This document shows positions 18,113 to 27,610 of a DNA stretch of 42,425 bases, in pieces. Numbering within the stretch: the stretch's first letter is position 1; each line of letters begins with the position of its first letter. The stretch comes from Methanotrichaceae archaeon. Lineage in GTDB: Archaea; Halobacteriota; Methanosarcinia; Methanotrichales; Methanotrichaceae. A model generated the notes under the pieces. The model was given only the letters and a program-made list of their open reading frames with translations. It made no database searches and was not told the DNA's origin. The translations under genes were made by a program, and so were the position numbers. The stretch covers positions 1 through 42,425 of the forward strand of contig CAVWIG010000045.1 of assembly GCA_963754945.1 (NCBI GenBank), in the 5' to 3' direction.

Positions 18113-19863
18113 GACTCCCGTCTCCATCTAAGGATGGCCATCTCAAGGATCACAGCCAGAGCGGCCAGGGCAATAATCCAGGCAGAGAGATCCTTTTCTA
18201 CTATAGTCTCTCTGCCGCCTTGGGTGACGAACTGACCCTCAGGGTAGCTGGCACCATCGCTGAGGTCGGACTCACGGGGGTTATACATGCTGGCGGACAG
18301 GGTCTTCCCTTGGTAGCTGTACACGCCGACTTCATCCAGCAGCAGGTTTGTAGTGGTGACCGTGCCCGAGGGGGTCTGTGCACTCACTGTTGCTCCCAGA
18401 GGTATCGTCTCCCCGGTCTTCCGGTTTGACGCGGATACGTCCGGGACTCCGTTCAACCAGTTGATCATGTCATTCCAGAAGATGGGATACTCAGGCCGGA
18501 AGTAGAAATCAGAATCCTTCTCAAGGCCGTTGTACACCACAGTTCCTTTTCCCAGCCTCCAGTAGGCCAGGATGGGCGCTCCGTTCGCCTCCACCATAGT
18601 CACTGACTGTCTTCTGGCATTTGCCTCAAGATAGCTGGATATGCCGATCTCATCGAAGTGAATATCGGAGGCAAACTCGAGTGACCTTACCCACAGGTTC
18701 ACAGGTCCTTTGGCCTCGCCCGTTATTCTCACCGGAAGGTAGTCAGGGCTCTCGTTTCTGCTCTGGGCGATGTAGATCGCCTTGCCTCCTCCGTCTATGT
18801 AGCGGTTGAGCTTGCCGTCAGAGGAGGCGTTCTTTGAGACCACAACGACATCGAAGCTCCCGTAGTCTCCCGACTTCTCTATCTGGACGTTAGGAAGGGA
18901 CTGCAGTGCCGTCAGGGCGGGCCCCGGTTCTCCAAGGTAGAGGATATTCCTCTGGCCCTGCTCGGGTATGTAGACGTATGCAGTGTTGTCAGAGCTGATG
19001 GCGTCCAACAGGCCCAGGGTGATCTTGTTAACGCCGGGGTAGGCTTTGAAGGAGAAGTAATAGTCCTGACCCTGACCCAGAAAGACCGAGCGGGAGGATG
19101 TGCCGCCTGGACCGGTGACTGAGATAGGCACTGTCCTTGCCTGGCCGAAGTTGTGCACCAGGGCTGTGTGATTGGCGAACCCCTGCCCGGAGTCTATTGT
19201 CCATCCGCCAACTATGGCCACATTGTCTCCTCCGTTTCTGGAGTTGGCAAAGACTATGCTGACGGCTCCATTGGACTCCAGGAGCTTGCGGGTGTCTCCT
19301 GGGTCGTCGCCCTCCCAGCTTATGAAGTCAGAGACTACGAGCATGTTTCCGCCTTCCGACCCCAGGAGGCCGTTGGCCACGATCATTGCGCTGGAGAGGT
19401 CAGCCGAGACTGCGCGAGGTGTTAGCGTGGCAAGGACGTCTCGAGCCTCCGCCGGGGATCCCGACTGGAGGGCCACGACCGGCATGTTTTCTGCCAGGAC
19501 GATGCTGATTCTCTGGTAGCTGTCGAGATTTGGATCAGCCAAGGCCTTGGCTCCGGCGAAGTTGCTCTCCATGGAGGCGGATAGATCCACAACCAGGACC
19601 AGATGGCTGGTGGGAGTGCCCACCTCCGTTGTGTAAGGACCCGCGGCTGCGATGGAGAGCGAACACAGGACCAAGAGCTGGATCCAGAAGAGAGGATCGG
19701 TTATCAGGCGGCTGAGAACGGCAGAGCGCTCGGCTTTCTCCTCGGTCAGGAATATGGTGGATGAGAAGAGGACCTCGCGAGGCTTTGGCCTGATCAGGTA
19801 GATCACTATCAAAGGAATTATGCTCAGCAGTCCCAGAAGGGCCAAGGGGTTACTGAAAGGCAT
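18109..19863 (-). CDS. BatA-domain/vWA protein
   Basis: N-terminal F.NP.ALLGL..I..L...YL (BatA), MIDAS DLSAS, VVSDF, C-terminal TM. Confidence 0.87.
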   Translation of the reverse strand: MPFSNPLALLGLLSIIPLIVIYLIRPKPREVLFSSTIFLTEEKAERSAVLSRLITDPLFWIQLLVLCSLSIAAAGPYTTEVGTPTSHLVLVVDLSASMESNFAGAKALADPNLDSYQRISIVLAENMPVVALQSGSPAEARDVLATLTPRAVSADLSSAMIVANGLLGSEGGNMLVVSDFISWEGDDPGDTRKLLESNGAVSIVFANSRNGGDNVAIVGGWTIDSGQGFANHTALVHNFGQARTVPISVTGPGGTSSRSVFLGQGQDYYFSFKAYPGVNKITLGLLDAISSDNTAYVYIPEQGQRNILYLGEPGPALTALQSLPNVQIEKSGDYGSFDVVVVSKNASSDGKLNRYIDGGGKAIYIAQSRNESPDYLPVRITGEAKGPVNLWVRSLEFASDIHFDEIGISSYLEANARRQSVTMVEANGAPILAYWRLGKGTVVYNGLEKDSDFYFRPEYPIFWNDMINWLNGVPDVSASNRKTGETIPLGATVSAQTPSGTVTTTNLLLDEVGVYSYQGKTLSASMYNPRESDLSDGASYPEGQFVTQGGRETIVEKDLSAWIIALAALAVILEMAILRWRRES

Positions 19864-19976
19864 TATTTATAATTGGGCCGGGAGGTATGAAAAGGTTTGC
19901 GTGAAGCGGGCCAATATTCTTAATAACGATCGGTCCTCAGGGTAACATAGTCCTTCAATTTAGAGGTGTCAGATTT

Positions 19977-20435
19977 ATGGTCGGTGCCATGGAGATCTTT
20001 CAGCTATTGCCAAAGGATGCCTGCAAGGAGTGCGGATATACCTCATGCATGGCCCTTGCCGTAGCTCTTCTGAACCGGGAGAAAAAACTTGAGGATTGCC
20101 CTGCTCTCCTCAATCCAAAATATGCTGAAAAATTCAAGAAACTAAAGGAGTTGCTTGCGCCTCTAGAGAAGGCGTCGGAGACAGGCCTGATCATTCACCC
20201 AGAGAAGTGCTTTGGTTGTGGAAACTGCGTTGTGGCCTGCCCTGTAAATGTTGCTGCCGAGCCTACTAGGTGCGGCATCGGCTTGGGACCCCAGGGAGAA
20301 AGGGTGATTCTGGCAGTGGAGGACGGGGTAGTTAAGTGCATGAACGTCAAAGAATGCCGCAGGTTCGGGCCGAACAAGATCCTGTGCAATGCCTGCACTG
20401 TAACCTGTCCGAGCAAAGCCATTGAGTTTGTATAG
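19977..20435 (+). CDS. fwdG: Fe-S protein, FwdG/FmdG-like (N-terminal CdhE/RnfB-type Fe-S domain plus 2x[4Fe-4S])
   Basis: LP...C..CG...C.ALA...CP; CFGCGNCVVACP; CNACTVTCP. Confidence 0.8.
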   Translation: MVGAMEIFQLLPKDACKECGYTSCMALAVALLNREKKLEDCPALLNPKYAEKFKKLKELLAPLEKASETGLIIHPEKCFGCGNCVVACPVNVAAEPTRCGIGLGPQGERVILAVEDGVVKCMNVKECRRFGPNKILCNACTVTCPSKAIEFV

Positions 20436-20444
20436 GTGATTTTC

Positions 20445-21665
20445 GTGGCGGTATGTACAGGCTGTTCACTTCTCTGTGAGGATATCGAGCTGGCATTGAA
20501 GAATGGAGACATCTCCCAGGTCAAGAACCTGTGCCGTAAGGGGCACGGCCACTTCCAGGCCCTATTCACCGAGAGGACGATGCCAAAGATAGATGGAAAG
20601 GAAGTCTCAATAGACCAGGCCATCAAGAAGGCTGCGGATATCCTGCGGAACGCAAAGCACCCGCTGCTGTACGGGTGGTCGAACTCGACCCTGGAGGCCC
20701 AGCGCGTTGGGATAGACCTGGCCAAGAAACTGAGGGCCACAATCGACGACACATCATCCTTCTGCCAGGGGATACTAATGGAGCTTGTTCTGACAGGAAA
20801 GCTCTCGACCTGCACCCTGGACGACGTCAGGAACTTCGCCGACACCTCTGTCTTCTGGGGAGCCGATCCATCCAACAGCCATCCGCGACTCCTCTCGCGA
20901 TTCGCCTACTATCCCAGAGGATCAAAGCGCCAGAAGAGCTATGAAGAGGAGAGAAACTGCATCGTTGTGGACGTAAGAAAGTCGGCTACGGCGAAGCTGT
21001 GCAGCAACTACTTCCGGGTTCCCCCTGGCGGCGATACAGATTTCATAGCCTCGGTAATTGAAGTTCTTGATGGAAAGATCCCCAAGTACGGGGACAAGAA
21101 GCGCATGATAGAGCTGGGAACAATTCTTCGCAAGACTGAGTACGGTGTAATCTTTCCCGGCCTGGGCTTTGTCTACTCTCTCCAGAATAAGATCGAACTT
21201 TTGGAGACTCTGGTCGCCAAACCGAACGAGATAACAACATTCAAGGTTGTTCCTATGGTCGAGCACTACAACACACGGGGCTTCAACCAGCTCATGCTTG
21301 ACAATACGGGTTTCATAAACAGTGTTTCCTTCCATAGCGGCCAGGTCACTCATGGGCACGAGAACGGCGTCATGGCCGCGGCAAAGACCTGTGATGCAGC
21401 CCTGGTGATCGGCTCTGATCCGCTCTCATCTCTGCCTTTCGGTACCGCCAAGAGCCTTACAAGGGTTCCTCTGATTGCCATAGACCCGCGCCGTTCTCTG
21501 ACTACGGATGCTGCCCAAGTTGTGATTCCTTCGGCCATGTACGGACTGGAGGCTGGCGGCAGCGCTATACGAATGGACGGTGTCAGAATAGAGTTCGAGC
21601 CCATCGTGAAGTCCGATCTGCTATCTGACGAGCAGATCCTGGCCAGGATAAAGGAGGAGATCTGA
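20445..21665 (+). CDS. fwdB: Formylmethanofuran dehydrogenase subunit B
   Basis: CTGCSLLCEDI, DDTSSFCQG (metal-ligand Cys), WGADP..SHPR..SR, RMDGV. GTG at 20445 follows an AGGTGA SD. Confidence 0.92.
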   Translation: MAVCTGCSLLCEDIELALKNGDISQVKNLCRKGHGHFQALFTERTMPKIDGKEVSIDQAIKKAADILRNAKHPLLYGWSNSTLEAQRVGIDLAKKLRATIDDTSSFCQGILMELVLTGKLSTCTLDDVRNFADTSVFWGADPSNSHPRLLSRFAYYPRGSKRQKSYEEERNCIVVDVRKSATAKLCSNYFRVPPGGDTDFIASVIEVLDGKIPKYGDKKRMIELGTILRKTEYGVIFPGLGFVYSLQNKIELLETLVAKPNEITTFKVVPMVEHYNTRGFNQLMLDNTGFINSVSFHSGQVTHGHENGVMAAAKTCDAALVIGSDPLSSLPFGTAKSLTRVPLIAIDPRRSLTTDAAQVVIPSAMYGLEAGGSAIRMDGVRIEFEPIVKSDLLSDEQILARIKEEI

Positions 21666-21666
21666 T

Positions 21667-22062
21667 ATGGATGCAGTTGTGACTGTGGTCACCTTCAGGG
21701 ACATCTTCCAGGATGAGGCTGAGAAAAAGAGCAGGTATTCGGAGGACTACAGGAAGCTGAGCGCTCAGATTATCCTGGACAAGCAGGACATGGCCGGTCT
21801 TGGAGTGAAGGACGGCCAGAATGTCCTTGTTAAGAACGATGTCGGAAGCGTCGTGGTGGCAGTCAAGGTCTCGGAAGACGATCCCCATCCAGGGCTTGCC
21901 CTCATGGTCAACAGCCCCTGGTCGAACCAGCTTGTCAGGGATGACGTCTGCATGGCGAGCATTCCCGGGTTCAAGAGGATCTCTGCGCAGGTCTCGCCCT
22001 CGGGGGTGAATGTTACCCAGATATCAGAGCTGTTTCAGAGGATGAAGGCCCAGGGTGCTTAA
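21667..22062 (+). CDS. fwdD: Formylmethanofuran dehydrogenase subunit D (molybdopterin dinucleotide-binding)
   Basis: DM..LGV..G..V.V....GSVVV, PW.N.L, PGFK motifs. Confidence 0.85.
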   Translation: MDAVVTVVTFRDIFQDEAEKKSRYSEDYRKLSAQIILDKQDMAGLGVKDGQNVLVKNDVGSVVVAVKVSEDDPHPGLALMVNSPWSNQLVRDDVCMASIPGFKRISAQVSPSGVNVTQISELFQRMKAQGA

Positions 22063-22962
22063 ATGAATCTTATATCAATTTCAGACCTCGGAAAGGACGA
22101 CATCATCCGGCTCCTTGACAGGGCAGATGCCTTCAAGGCAGGCCGATACAAGACCAGAACAGCGCCCCTGAAAGGAAAAAGCCTGGCCATGATCTTCGAG
22201 AAGCCATCCACGCGGACACGCGTATCCCTGGAGGTTGCCGCCAATGAGCTGGGTGCATACGCGCTAAACCTTTCTGCAGGAGAGCTACAACTGGGGAGAG
22301 GGGAGACTGTTGCCGATACAGCCCGCGTTCTCTCCCGGTTTGTTCAAGGAATAACGGCTCGTGTCTATTCTCACAATACAGTCATACATCTTGCACAGCA
22401 CGCGAGCGTGCCTGTGGTGAACGCCCTGTCCGACTGGGAGCACCCGCTGCAGATTCTGGCAGACCTGATGACAATGCGCCAGCGCTTCGGCAGGCTGGAT
22501 GGGCTGAAGATAGCCTGGATCGGAGACGGCAACAACGTCTGTAACTCCATGATCCTGGCTGCGGCAATCATGGGCATGTCCATCGTCGCAGCCTCTCCGA
22601 ATGGTTTCGAGCCCAAAGCAAAGATACTGGAGGAGGCCGAAAAGCTTGGCGGGAGTCCGAGATTGGTCACTGATCCGTCGGAAGCCGCCCAAGATGCCGA
22701 CGTGCTGGTGACCGACACCTGGGTGTCCATGGGCGATGAGGCTATGGAGGCAGAGCGCCTGAGGGTTTTTGGAAAGTATCAGGTGAACGGCGAGCTCCTG
22801 AAGCTGGCGTCCAAGGATGCAATCGCCATGCACTGTCTGCCTGCCCACCGCGGCCAGGAGATCACCGACGAGGTGATGGACGGGCCGCAGTCAGCCGTCT
22901 TCGACGAGGCGGAGAACAGGCTGCACACGTCCAAGGCGGTCCTGGAGTGGCTTATGGGCTAG
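22063..22962 (+). CDS. argF: Ornithine carbamoyltransferase
   Basis: STRTR, HP.Q, DTWVSMG, HCLPA, AENR. Confidence 0.97.
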   Translation: MNLISISDLGKDDIIRLLDRADAFKAGRYKTRTAPLKGKSLAMIFEKPSTRTRVSLEVAANELGAYALNLSAGELQLGRGETVADTARVLSRFVQGITARVYSHNTVIHLAQHASVPVVNALSDWEHPLQILADLMTMRQRFGRLDGLKIAWIGDGNNVCNSMILAAAIMGMSIVAASPNGFEPKAKILEEAEKLGGSPRLVTDPSEAAQDADVLVTDTWVSMGDEAMEAERLRVFGKYQVNGELLKLASKDAIAMHCLPAHRGQEITDEVMDGPQSAVFDEAENRLHTSKAVLEWLMG

Positions 22963-23140
22963 AGTTAGATTGCGCACAAAGCACGGTTTGTTTCTCATGG
23001 CTATTATACAACCATTAAGATACAGCTAAAATGCTGTTTAGCTTATTAATAATCCCAGAGGTTACAAGCACAAATCCGTTAGCTCGCCTGCTATTGATCG
23101 ATTGTTGGCGTAGCATAGTGTTTTTGATAATATGGGACCT

Positions 23141-23223
23141 GGAGCGCAAAAGGTGGGAGTTGCAGCTCATGCGGGTTTTATAAATATGCTTTAGGCCTCG
23201 CACCCCCCCCTCCTTTGCGCTCC
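23141..23223. promoter_or_regulatory. Inverted repeat centred on a TATA palindrome (possible bidirectional promoter)
   Basis: GGAGCGCAAA (23141-23150) / TTTGCGCTCC (23214-23223) flank TTTATAAA (23177-23184). Confidence 0.45.
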
Positions 23224-23622
23224 GAGTTCTACACCATAGCAGATAGCGGTTAAATCGAGATCGGCCAAAGGGCCCGATCTGCACCCATAGACTTATGGAA
23301 TATCAGTTGCTCGAAGGTGTTAGGAGCCTTTTCTAGGCAGGGCTCGGTCTTGGATGAATTCTCGCAAGTTGCACGCACTCAGGTCATCGAAACGCCATCA
23401 GACAGTATTTCTAGGAATCAATTAGAATACGACGCAGATCAGACGCGACTTCACCTAAGCCCATAGGCCATGACTCCACGGGCCTATGGATCTGGGCACT
23501 CTAAAGGCCCAGGAACATGAATCCGGGCATCCTGGGTCGCTGTTCCACGGAAAATCGAATCACTATTCACGCTTTGGCCTTGGCTTCTGGCCTGCAGGCA
23601 CCAGAAGAAAATACCAACCAAC

Positions 23623-24057
23623 CTAATTGTCACAACTCTCTGTGCTACAAACACAAACGCCTTCCTCGCCCACATCGGCTACAACTGTATCCGATATCCT
23701 GTTAAAGAGGCGCTGCCCGCTGCCTGGCAGTGCAGCCCAGCCTACAAGACAGTCCAGGGGAAGGAGAAACGCCTTTCCAAAGCTCTCGATCGCTGCATCT
23801 TTGAAGCCTATGCTCTCCCCAAACGGGCCGACTACGGTTAGGTTTAGGACCATCTTGCCTAGAGACTGGCCTCTATAACCTTCGAGTACCGTCCAGTAGA
23901 GGAAGGTCAGGATTCCGTAGTACCCCAGAGCGATAACGCTTATTGCACTTAAATCGTAAACGTATATGAGCAGGTACCAGAGGATGCTCATGAGCAATGC
24001 ATCGATGATCCATGCCCAGAATCTACTCTGCCAGCTTGCAGGCTTTATCTTGTCCAA
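23623..24057 (-). CDS. RDD-family membrane protein
   Basis: AS...RF.A.IID, GQSLGK, QRL..R.SDTVV; probable TTG start at 24057. Confidence 0.88.
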   Translation of the reverse strand: MDKIKPASWQSRFWAWIIDALLMSILWYLLIYVYDLSAISVIALGYYGILTFLYWTVLEGYRGQSLGKMVLNLTVVGPFGESIGFKDAAIESFGKAFLLPLDCLVGWAALPGSGQRLFNRISDTVVADVGEEGVCVCSTESCDN

Positions 24058-24138
24058 ACGAGACCCTCCAGAACTTCTCAAGGACCTTAGTTGCTCTTAA
24101 ATGGAAGAGAAGGATGAATAAATGCTTGAGCAGAACTC

Positions 24139-25209
24139 TCAAGCCAACTTCCGCTTCCTCTTGTACACGTACCCACCTGCAGCACCGATGATGACCAGGA
24201 TCACTATCACTGGCAGCAGTAAACTCTGAGTTGCTGCGGTGACAACGACGGGTATCTTCATGCTCTCCGAGATGACAGTATCGCCATTAACGTCAGTGTA
24301 CTTGATCTCGCTGTTGATGCCGTAATCCTTTGGTGTGGCATCGGAGTCCACATCGATCCTGAAGGTCACTGTCTTAGCTTCTTGTGGATTCAGGGTTCCG
24401 ATGTACGCCTGATCATCCGTCGAGGAGAATGGCTGGAATATGCTGAGCCTTGCTATTGCGTCCTTTACAGGATCATCGCCGATGTTCTTGTAAGTGGCTT
24501 TCAGTTCTCCCTTCTTCTGGCCAGCGGCTAGTGTGCTGTTGTTGCCCCCAACCAGCTCAAAGTCAGCTTTCTTCTTAATTACGACAGGAATTGTGAGGTT
24601 TTGAGTAGTATGCCCGTAGAAGTAGGACCATTGAGCATTCACGAAGGTGGGCGGAAGGTTTACGTTTGGAATATTCTCCAGATTTGAGGCGTAGACCATT
24701 ACATTGGACTGGTAATCGTACTGCGTCTTTAAGGTAAGGGGATAGATTCCGGCCGGTGCATGGCTAGCGAGCTTGATGGTGAACTTCATCGGGCTGGCTG
24801 TTTTGTCTCCCGCTTTCAGTGATTGCACAACCTGGTCCCCGGATTGTACCTCGATCTGGGTGGTGTTGGACATGAGAGTTGTCTTGACACCAAGGGCGGT
24901 CGTTATTTTGGCCTCCTCCTGCTGCTCTGCATTGGCCAGGGCGTACTCTGTAGCCGTGTTCGGGACCTTGTCCTGCTTGAAACCGGTTATCCTGCCGTAG
25001 TTTGTTAGATCTACGTAGAGGGTGACGGTATCTCCTCTGTCGAACTCGTCAGTGCCGCTCACGCTCGCCGAGAGGCTTGGACCTCCGTAGAAATTGTAGT
25101 AATTGTCCCCACCTGTGGTTGATGGGATGTACGTGTCGTTGGCCTGAGCGGCAGCCAGTAAAGCCAGTGTGCAGGCCAAGGCTAAGCATATAGCGTTCTT
25201 AACTTCCAT
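24139..25209 (-). CDS. Secreted S-layer-domain (COG1361-like) protein with a C-terminal TM anchor
   Basis: Signal peptide, Ig-like beta-rich body, PFSSTDDQAY.G.L motif, TM plus KRKRK tail; typical partner of an archaeal RND protein. Confidence 0.82.
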   Translation of the reverse strand: MEVKNAICLALACTLALLAAAQANDTYIPSTTGGDNYYNFYGGPSLSASVSGTDEFDRGDTVTLYVDLTNYGRITGFKQDKVPNTATEYALANAEQQEEAKITTALGVKTTLMSNTTQIEVQSGDQVVQSLKAGDKTASPMKFTIKLASHAPAGIYPLTLKTQYDYQSNVMVYASNLENIPNVNLPPTFVNAQWSYFYGHTTQNLTIPVVIKKKADFELVGGNNSTLAAGQKKGELKATYKNIGDDPVKDAIARLSIFQPFSSTDDQAYIGTLNPQEAKTVTFRIDVDSDATPKDYGINSEIKYTDVNGDTVISESMKIPVVVTAATQSLLLPVIVILVIIGAAGGYVYKRKRKLA

Positions 25210-27538
25210 TCATCCTTCTCCTAGCTTGGTTATTGATTAGTTTGATCGCATTTTTGAACTCTTGCTGTGCAGCTTCCAGTACCTCACGCCTTATCTCCAT
25301 GCGGAGCATGAGCACGACGAAGACTGTAAATGTGGTTAGCAGGGCGAAGACGACCGCCAGAACTGTCACCATTCCGAAGTTGCTTGTGATGAGGAAGGGT
25401 GAGGCCACCAGAGCGCCAAAGCCAAACACCGTCGTCATCCCGGATGCAACTAATGCTGATCCTATGCGACGCGAGGCAATCCCCAGCGCCTCCATTGGAT
25501 CTCCGACTTTGTCCAGTTCCTCGTAGAAGCGCTCCATCATCAGGATCGCGTACTCAGAACCGACACCCAGGATGAGAGCACCTAGAGTTGCCGTAAGCGG
25601 GGTGTACTTCAGGCCCGCGAAGTACATGACCCCACCCATCCAGCCTATTACAACCATCATGGGCAAGACCGGCAGCAGGGCCTTGATCAGATCTCTGTAC
25701 ACCACAAGGAGCACGACGAAGATCAACACCAGTCCCAGCAGGGTCATCTCTGTTCTTCCAGTAGTAAGAGCCGCGATAACAGTGGTCATCACAACCGGAT
25801 CTCCGGTCTCTCGAACGGACACGTCTGGCGGAGGTGGATGCCAGGCGATGTCCTTGTCGATTTCTTTGATGAGCCGGTCTGTGCCCTCAGCCCCCAATTG
25901 TGAGGTAGTTTGGCCCACATTAAGATCTATGATGGCCGTGTCGTGGCCGTCAAGGTACCTGTTCTGTATAGAAGCAGGCAGCCCGTTGATCAGGCTTCTA
26001 GACAGGGTTTGATCAAGGGGCATCACTCCGCCGTTTGCTTGCTTGACATAGGTGGCGATGCTCGTGGCCCCGTACACCTGATCTCGAGAACCCTTGAGAT
26101 AGCTGCTGAAATCGTCCATCCATTGGAGGGTCTTGGGTTGAGTAATATCGTCGCTCTGGATTAGGAGCTCAATGACATCTGTGCCGCCGAAGACGTCGCT
26201 CATGTGCCTGAAATCTATCAGGGGCGGGAGATCCGAAGGCAAGTAGTTCTTGAAATCGGTGTCTACAAGAACCTGAGTATCAGCATAGGTCCCAACAAGC
26301 GACAGTAGTAGCGCGAGGGAGAGCACAAGCTGCCACCTTTGTACACATAGATTCGCAACCTTCTCTATTGCAAGACCGATGGCAGTCTCTTTAGGTACAT
26401 TGAGCTTGGTAACATTTCCCGTATCTTTCTTCTTAGGAGATCCTCTCCGCTCGACTATGTAGAGCAAGGTTACACCCACGAAGAGGGCAGATAGATAACA
26501 AAGGAATAGCCCTATGAGACAAGTCAGACCGAAGTCCCTGGTCATGGGCACAGACGAAGTTAAGAGAGAGACAAACCCCATTGCAGTTATTATCAGGGCT
26601 ATCATGACTGGAATCGAAACGTGATTAACCGTCTCCACTACTGCTCTCACCCGGTCCTGGCCTTTGGCGAACTCCTCATCTATCCTGTTGTGGAATTGAA
26701 TTGCATAATCTATGCCGATCCCAATGAGCACAGGAAATGCTGACATTGACACCATGGTGAAGGGTATGTGCAAGAATCCCATGGCTCCAAAGGTCCAGGT
26801 AACTCCCAGAAAGACGACCGGAATGGGCAGAAGCGGCCATTTCACGTGCCTGAAGGTGAGCAGCAGTGCGACGATCATGAGAAGCCCCGCTAAGGCCATG
26901 ATTGGGCCCATGGACTGGTTCATCCACTTCGTTATGGATGCCATTAGGGCGGGTCTGCCTGTGACGGTGACGCCCACACCAGGCGGAAAATCTGTTACCT
27001 TGACCTGGGCATTTGTCTCTGTATAAAGCTCTCCTAGCTGCGTCTCTGTCAAGGTGACGGGCATCGAAATCGAGAGCATGGTGTGCCTTGCATCTGGCAT
27101 CATGGCGTTTATCGCCTGGATATTCTGGGGGCTGGCCAGGATTTCGTTGATCCTCTCCTGGGCTGGAACATCCCGAACTCCCGTTTCACTCTTCTCTGTA
27201 TCAGCAACTACATCTGCAACGCTGTTTACCCCGATCACATTGGGTGCTATCTTCATCTTATCCGAGAGCCTGAGCATCGCCCTCAGAGTCTCCGGTTTTG
27301 TTAAACCGTCCCCTTCGATAAGCACGGCAATAGATTCAGTTCCGAACTTCTCGACGAAAAGGTGGTCGTATAGTTGATAGAGAGGAGAATCCTTGCCCAC
27401 CATGCTCTCTGTAGTCATTCCCTGCGACACTATCTGTTGAGCATAGTGGAAGGAGGCAATGGTCAGGAGCAAGGCCACAGCTATGATTAATATGGGGTTG
27501 TTCGCAATCCAGTAGCCTAGCCTTTCAGCGCCTTTCAT
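25199..27538 (-). CDS. RND/MMPL-family transporter (HAE3-type)
   Basis: Two repeats of TM plus a large loop; GIGIDYAIQF and GVGSEYAIL motifs; 779 aa. Confidence 0.93.
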   Translation of the reverse strand: MKGAERLGYWIANNPILIIAVALLLTIASFHYAQQIVSQGMTTESMVGKDSPLYQLYDHLFVEKFGTESIAVLIEGDGLTKPETLRAMLRLSDKMKIAPNVIGVNSVADVVADTEKSETGVRDVPAQERINEILASPQNIQAINAMMPDARHTMLSISMPVTLTETQLGELYTETNAQVKVTDFPPGVGVTVTGRPALMASITKWMNQSMGPIMALAGLLMIVALLLTFRHVKWPLLPIPVVFLGVTWTFGAMGFLHIPFTMVSMSAFPVLIGIGIDYAIQFHNRIDEEFAKGQDRVRAVVETVNHVSIPVMIALIITAMGFVSLLTSSVPMTRDFGLTCLIGLFLCYLSALFVGVTLLYIVERRGSPKKKDTGNVTKLNVPKETAIGLAIEKVANLCVQRWQLVLSLALLLSLVGTYADTQVLVDTDFKNYLPSDLPPLIDFRHMSDVFGGTDVIELLIQSDDITQPKTLQWMDDFSSYLKGSRDQVYGATSIATYVKQANGGVMPLDQTLSRSLINGLPASIQNRYLDGHDTAIIDLNVGQTTSQLGAEGTDRLIKEIDKDIAWHPPPPDVSVRETGDPVVMTTVIAALTTGRTEMTLLGLVLIFVVLLVVYRDLIKALLPVLPMMVVIGWMGGVMYFAGLKYTPLTATLGALILGVGSEYAILMMERFYEELDKVGDPMEALGIASRRIGSALVASGMTTVFGFGALVASPFLITSNFGMVTVLAVVFALLTTFTVFVVLMLRMEIRREVLEAAQQEFKNAIKLINNQARRRMNGS

Positions 27539-27553
27539 GATCCGACCTATGAA

Positions 27554-27587
27554 TTAAGTACGTTCGAAATAATCGAAACGTACTTAA
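27554..27587. promoter_or_regulatory. Palindromic operator between the divergent RND and regulator genes
   Basis: TTAAGTACGTT-N12-AACGTACTTAA, perfect 11-bp arms. Confidence 0.75.
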
Positions 27588-27610
27588 AGGTTCTGGTGCA
27601 CTATCAAACA

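Noticed and set aside
20433-20447. In-frame TAG between fwdG and fwdB suggesting pyrrolysine readthrough or fusion
   Set aside because: TAGGTGA doubles as an SD for the GTG at 20445, both proteins look complete, and abutting in-frame genes also occur at 22062/22063 and 12157/12158.
23000-23600. SRP RNA, RNase P RNA or tRNA in the long intergenic gap
   Set aside because: Their conserved motifs were not found by eye on either strand.
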